Below are positions 54,152 to 59,036 of a stretch of DNA of 59,036 bases, piece by piece. A program made the position numbers and the translations under genes. Numbering within the stretch: position 1 is the stretch's first letter; the number at the start of each line of letters is the position of its first letter. Source of the stretch: a virus (lineage: Duplodnaviria > Caudoviricetes); the IMG/VR virus record IMGVR_UViG_3300047548_001221, positions 1 through 59,036 of that record. One strand, given 5' to 3'. Under the pieces are notes generated by a model. It was not told the DNA's origin. It ran no database searches and saw nothing but the letters and a program-made list of their open reading frames with translations.

Positions 54152-54957
54152 GTCGCGGCGCAATTCTTTTTGCTTTTAACTCTACAAAATTTAATTATTA
54201 CACAATGGCAGAATTTACTGCTAAGAGAGTTAATCATTTTTTAGGTCTGCCGGTAACTCTAATCACAGATGAAAATAGTTTGCCAGAAGTACCTAATTTC
54301 AATTTTGACAACATTGTATTAGTAGAACCCGATAAAAGTAATATCAGAGATTATTCAGTTTGGATTAATAAAGGTAGGTATCAAGCATATGAGTGCAGTC
54401 CGTATGATGAAACTATATTACTTGATACTGATTATGTGGTAAACTCAGACAAGCTACTAAAAACATTTGATTTAGATACAGATTTTTGCTGTCATGATAC
54501 AACATCCTTTTTAATGCACCCTAATGCACCACAAGAAGTGTTAAGTGCATATAGTTTTAAAACATTATGGGCAACGGTTATAACGTTTAAAAAAACTAAA
54601 CGCGCAAAACAAATTTTTGAATGTTTAGAAATGGTTCAAAAGAACTATGAGCATTATGCTAACATACATAGTTTTATTGCAGGTGTTTATCGCAATGATT
54701 ATGCATTGACATTGGCACTTAGAATCGCAAACGGGCACCAATTATTACCTAACGATATTATTCCATGGAATTTATTACATGTTGGTAAAAATACATCGGT
54801 CTACGCAGATAGTAACGATGAATTTAATACTGCATATACCGTAATGTTTGATAACTGGCAAAGAGGTAAAATACGTAAAGAGTATATCAACATAAAAGAT
54901 ATGGACTTTCACGTGATGAATAAAGAATCGTTTATGGAGTTAATCAACAATGAATAA
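54148..54957 (+). CDS. Glycosyltransferase-like protein (GT-A fold)
   Basis: RGAILFA N-terminal strand; AYECSPYDETILLDTDY DxD motif; RNDYAL. Confidence 0.65.
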   Translation: MSRGAILFAFNSTKFNYYTMAEFTAKRVNHFLGLPVTLITDENSLPEVPNFNFDNIVLVEPDKSNIRDYSVWINKGRYQAYECSPYDETILLDTDYVVNSDKLLKTFDLDTDFCCHDTTSFLMHPNAPQEVLSAYSFKTLWATVITFKKTKRAKQIFECLEMVQKNYEHYANIHSFIAGVYRNDYALTLALRIANGHQLLPNDIIPWNLLHVGKNTSVYADSNDEFNTAYTVMFDNWQRGKIRKEYINIKDMDFHVMNKESFMELINNE

Positions 54958-55756
54958 AGGGTTCGTAATTATTTCTCAAGATGAAGGTGCTACAGATACG
55001 TATCAGAAATGTGCAGAAGCATTGACAATCAGTATTAAAAATGCTATGCCAGAAGCCAAAGTATCTATCATCACAGATAACAAAATTAAAAATGTTAAAT
55101 TGTATGACAAGATCATACCATTACCCTACGGTGATTTAGCACCTAAAAAATATTGGAAACTTGTAAATGATTGGCAGGTGTACGATGCTAGCCCCTACGA
55201 GTATACAATTAAATTAGAGTCAGATTTATATTTACCAAAATCTATCGATCATTGGTGGAATGTGTTAGTACAAAGAGACCTTGTAATTTCTACTACGGTA
55301 AGAGATTTTAAGCAGGATATTAGTCAATCGAGAGTATATCGTAGATTTATCGATGACAATAAGTTACCTGACACATATAACGCAATCACATACTTTAAAA
55401 AATCTGATACTGCTAAAAGGTTTTTCGAGATAGTGAAAAATATTTTTGAAAATTGGGACGAATATAAAGCAATTTTGAAGTGCAATGCACATGAAGAAGC
55501 TACGACTGATTTCGTGTACGCACTAGCAGCACACATTGTGGGAATAGAAAATTGTATATTACCTGATTTTAACGAAATGTCCATGGTGCATATGAAACGT
55601 TTAATTAACAATTTGCCTACTGAAGATTGGACAGATGCATTAGTGTATGAAATATTACCACACAGTTTAAGAGTTAATACTTGCCCGCAACAATATCCCT
55701 TTCACTACCACGTTAAATCTTTTTCTGATAAGATACTACAAGCATATGCAAAATAA
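54950..55756 (+). CDS. Glycosyltransferase-like protein, paralog of the preceding gene
   Basis: KGFVII; VYDASPYEYTIKLESDL (ExD); TDFVYAL; HMK. Confidence 0.6.
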   Translation: MNKGFVIISQDEGATDTYQKCAEALTISIKNAMPEAKVSIITDNKIKNVKLYDKIIPLPYGDLAPKKYWKLVNDWQVYDASPYEYTIKLESDLYLPKSIDHWWNVLVQRDLVISTTVRDFKQDISQSRVYRRFIDDNKLPDTYNAITYFKKSDTAKRFFEIVKNIFENWDEYKAILKCNAHEEATTDFVYALAAHIVGIENCILPDFNEMSMVHMKRLINNLPTEDWTDALVYEILPHSLRVNTCPQQYPFHYHVKSFSDKILQAYAK

Positions 55757-56087
55757 CGAAAACGATATTGTCATTATTTGGGAAGCACCCAAAATTATTC
55801 CTCCAGAATTTAGATTATATTATGATGATGCGGGAAAAGTAATATGCTACACCTGTGAAAAACTAGAGGGAAATTACATTATTATTGATGCTATAACCTA
55901 CGCGCAGTCAAGACCCGATGTAAGAGTTGTCGACGGTAAGATTTCAACTGTATCTAGTCATTGTATTGTTTCTAAACTAATGCCAAATAATAACGAAGGT
56001 ATAACATGTGAAGAAGAAGATATCAGTATTGTATCGTTAGAAAGTATTGGCACGACAAAATGGAAACTGAATACATATGAACTTTAA
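55746..56087 (+). CDS. Hypothetical protein
   Basis: 113-aa ORF overlapping the previous stop, same operon. Confidence 0.65.
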   Translation: MQNNENDIVIIWEAPKIIPPEFRLYYDDAGKVICYTCEKLEGNYIIIDAITYAQSRPDVRVVDGKISTVSSHCIVSKLMPNNNEGITCEEEDISIVSLESIGTTKWKLNTYEL

Positions 56088-56105
56088 ATTTTACAGGAGA
56101 CTTAT

Positions 56106-57056
56106 ATGCGCGAAATAGTTGATGTTGCTGATCTTTCTATCATTTATCTTTCTTATGATGAGCCACAAAAAGAAGAATTTTGGCTTAAAATAAAAAACAT
56201 GGTGCCATGGGCAAAGCGTGTAGATGGGGTCAAAGGAAGTGATGCAGCACATAAAGCTGCCGGCGAAGCAAGTGACACAGAACGATTTATTCTTATCGAC
56301 GGCGATAACATGCCCGATGAATCATTCTTTAACATGCAATTAGATTTTACAGACAAAGATCCTGTTTATCAAAAAGCACAATTTCGCTGGAAAGCAGTTA
56401 ATAATATTAACGGATTACGTTACGGTAACGGTGGTATGAGTAGTTGGACAAAGACATATGTTGCTAGTATGAAAACACATGAGGCGCAAACTGAAGGTGA
56501 TGCAACACGTATTGTTGATTTTTGTTTAGATAGCACTGATAATTTATACTGGGCAATGCATGACTGTTATTCAATTACATATCCAAATTATACACCATTT
56601 CAAGCATGGCGCGCCGGATTTAGAGAAGGGGTAAAAATGTGTTTAAATCGCGGCAAAGTTCCTAGTATCGATGAGTTTAGAGAAAATGTATCAAGTCGCA
56701 ATCTAAACAATTTAACTATTTGGCATAATGTGGGCACAGATGTTGAAAATGGTATTTGGGCAATTTATGGTGCACGTATGGGAACGTTATACACATTCTT
56801 TATAGACAGTTGGGATTACAAAGATGTTCAATGGTTTGATAATTATCCTATAATGTTTGAAAAAATTAAAAATTCAGATCCAGCTGAACAAGCTGAAGAA
56901 ATAGGTCATAAATTAAGTGATAAATTGGGGTTACCTATTTGCACAATGAGCCCAGAACAAAGCAAATTTTTCAAACGACATTATGGTGCTGACAAGTATA
57001 ATAGGGGTCCATTGATAAAAGAAATGGATGTTATTAGAGAAATAGAGGGCTGGTGA
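56106..57056 (+). CDS. Glycosyltransferase-like protein (GT-A fold)
   Basis: IIYLSYDEP, VDGVKGSDAAHKAA, FILIDGDN (DxD), YGNGG, AWRAGFREGVK; AGGAG RBS. Confidence 0.6.
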   Translation: MREIVDVADLSIIYLSYDEPQKEEFWLKIKNMVPWAKRVDGVKGSDAAHKAAGEASDTERFILIDGDNMPDESFFNMQLDFTDKDPVYQKAQFRWKAVNNINGLRYGNGGMSSWTKTYVASMKTHEAQTEGDATRIVDFCLDSTDNLYWAMHDCYSITYPNYTPFQAWRAGFREGVKMCLNRGKVPSIDEFRENVSSRNLNNLTIWHNVGTDVENGIWAIYGARMGTLYTFFIDSWDYKDVQWFDNYPIMFEKIKNSDPAEQAEEIGHKLSDKLGLPICTMSPEQSKFFKRHYGADKYNRGPLIKEMDVIREIEGW

Positions 57057-58435
57057 TGACAACGGAAACTGAACGTATAAAAAAAATAATACCCATTATG
57101 AATGCGGTGAGTCCAACCTTTTGTTTGGCTAAATGGCACCATACAAGTATATACCTTCATACGGGTCAAACGCATAGTTGTTATCACCCTAGACCACATG
57201 ACATATCATTGGAAGAAATAAAAAATAACCCCAGCGCGTTGCACAATACACAAGTCAAAAAACAAGAACGAGCACTAATGTTAGTGGGAGAAAAACCTAG
57301 TGGATGTCAGTATTGCTGGAACGTCGAAAGTCTTAGTGATAGTCACATATCAGATAGAATGATAAGAAATGAATCTATCTTTACACCAGAAAGATTGAAT
57401 GATATCACTAGTAATACTTGGCAGTATGATATTAATCCAGAATACATAGAGCTGGCATTCAGTAATGAATGCAATTTCAAGTGTGGATATTGCCATCCCA
57501 TGTCCAGTACTAGTTTTCAAGCGGAAATAAAACAATATGGGCCGTACGACACTGTAAAAAATCACCGTCTAGCCATTGATTGGTTTAAACCACATGTGGA
57601 AGAAGAAAACCCATACATTGAGGCTTGGTGGAAATGGTGGCCTGAAATGAGTAAAACATTAAACATACTACGCATTACAGGAGGGGAACCATTGATGCAT
57701 AGAAGTACTTGGAGATTATTTGATCATCTTAGAAACGATCCTAAACCAAATCTAGAATTGAATTTGAATAGTAATTTGGGTACAAAATCTGCTATGGTTG
57801 AAAGATTGGCCGAAAATGTAAATGATCTTTTAGTTAATAAAAAGGTTAAAACGTTCAAATTATTTTCAAGTATGGATACATGGGGTAAAAGAGCAGAATA
57901 TCTAAGAACAGGTTTGAATATCGAATTGTGGGAAAAAAACTTAGATATATATGTAACCACTGTAAAAAAACCAGTTACTTTTATGTGTACATTTAATATA
58001 TTAAGTGTCACTAGCTTTACTGAATTTTTAGCTAAGGTATTGGAGTGGAGAAGTAAGTATGATTCTATATTTACGGATAGAAGCAATTCTAGAAAGATAC
58101 GATTTGATACTCCATACTTAAAAGAACCATTGCAATATGATATGCATATTCTTCCCAAAGAAGAATATTTACCTCACTTCGATAAAATCTTAAAATTCAT
58201 CGATGATAACCGTGACGAAGCTGATAGAACAAAGTTTAGTGATTTAGAATATGAAAGATTTCGTAGAGTAAGAGACTATTTTGCAAATGTTCAATATGAT
58301 GAACATAAAGTAAAAGAAGGTAGAATTGATTTTTACAATTGGTTCACCGAATATGATTCTAGACGACAAACTAATTTCCTACAAACGTTTCCCGAAATGT
58401 CTAAATTTTGGTTTACCTGTCAGCAAATAAAATGA
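57056..58435 (+). CDS. Radical SAM protein with N-terminal Cys-rich (SPASM/twitch-like) domain
   Basis: CNFKCGYC (CX3CX2C), ITGGEPL, NSNL; N-terminal CLAKW...SCYH...CQYCW. Start at ATG 57056 (TGATG overlap). Confidence 0.9.
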   Translation: MTTETERIKKIIPIMNAVSPTFCLAKWHHTSIYLHTGQTHSCYHPRPHDISLEEIKNNPSALHNTQVKKQERALMLVGEKPSGCQYCWNVESLSDSHISDRMIRNESIFTPERLNDITSNTWQYDINPEYIELAFSNECNFKCGYCHPMSSTSFQAEIKQYGPYDTVKNHRLAIDWFKPHVEEENPYIEAWWKWWPEMSKTLNILRITGGEPLMHRSTWRLFDHLRNDPKPNLELNLNSNLGTKSAMVERLAENVNDLLVNKKVKTFKLFSSMDTWGKRAEYLRTGLNIELWEKNLDIYVTTVKKPVTFMCTFNILSVTSFTEFLAKVLEWRSKYDSIFTDRSNSRKIRFDTPYLKEPLQYDMHILPKEEYLPHFDKILKFIDDNRDEADRTKFSDLEYERFRRVRDYFANVQYDEHKVKEGRIDFYNWFTEYDSRRQTNFLQTFPEMSKFWFTCQQIK

Positions 58436-59036
58436 AAAAAATAAATTTGAGGTTTCAACTATGTCAATTGGATGGACCTTGTGAATTTGAACATGCTCCT
58501 ACTATCAATGGCTACAAATTAGGTAACTTGTTGGGTATACACCAATATCATTATAGATTTTCTCAAATAATAGAATCAATGATTGATTTTGATAGAAATC
58601 AAATCAATATTGAAAATTTTGAGGTTGATAACAATTCACCTTATATATTTCCAACTGCGGTTGGCTATGGACCATACGATTATACAGATTTATATGTAAA
58701 CCAAAAATCAGTATTTGAATATTTACCAGAAAAACTATTAAATGATTTGAGAAGTAAAAAAGCACTATTATTATTAGATCAAAGTGTTGAGGGGTATAGT
58801 GATAATAGACTATGGTCTTGGTTTCATGATAAGTGTACACGATATAATTTAAATCCTGAATCTATTATGTATAGTACAGGGGATCAATCTTGTACTGATT
58901 CGTATAATGAATGGTGTGTTGATACAAACTACAATGGACCTAAATTATTGGTATTCCCATCGACAACATTATTCTTTTATGTAAAAAGAAGATACGATTG
59001 GGATAAGATAAATATTGACTTTGATGACATTATTCA
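58432..59036 (+). CDS. Hypothetical protein, partial (runs off the window)
   Basis: ATGA overlap with the radical SAM stop; MKKINLRFQLCQLDG... open to the end of the window; missed by the ORF track. Confidence 0.75.
   Translation, partial: MKKINLRFQLCQLDGPCEFEHAPTINGYKLGNLLGIHQYHYRFSQIIESMIDFDRNQINIENFEVDNNSPYIFPTAVGYGPYDYTDLYVNQKSVFEYLPEKLLNDLRSKKALLLLDQSVEGYSDNRLWSWFHDKCTRYNLNPESIMYSTGDQSCTDSYNEWCVDTNYNGPKLLVFPSTTLFFYVKRRYDWDKINIDFDDII

Noticed and set aside
58604-58840. 78-aa minus-strand ORF
   Set aside because: Lies antisense to the open, translationally coupled plus-strand CDS starting at 58432.

Overview
A 59-kb segment of an AT-rich, T4-related (myovirus-type) large phage genome; the ORFs read normally in standard code 11. 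Minus strand 1-12.5 kb: a partial Gly-X-Ser collagen-like fibre gene missing from the ORF track, the head module (major capsid, scaffold, prohead protease, acidic core protein, portal) with a GIY-YIG homing endonuclease inside it, and a tape-measure-like protein carrying a GH19 lytic domain. 12.6-13.6 kb (+): baseplate-hub assembly genes. 13.65-14.16 kb: a ~520-nt non-coding, densely base-paired region that is the most unusual element here (candidate large ncRNA and/or RNA-primed origin). 14.2-19.3 kb (-): Holliday-junction resolvase, HNH endonuclease, gp46/gp47 (SbcCD-like) and a gp55-like late sigma factor. 19.5-53.8 kb (+): baseplate and tail module, including a 6747-aa mosaic protein. 53.8-59 kb (+): a late-promoter operon of glycosyltransferase-like genes and a radical SAM enzyme. 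A NNTAAATA late-promoter motif precedes most structural genes, several of which appear leaderless. No tRNA, rRNA or CRISPR array was seen. All functional calls come from motif recognition by eye; no database search was run.
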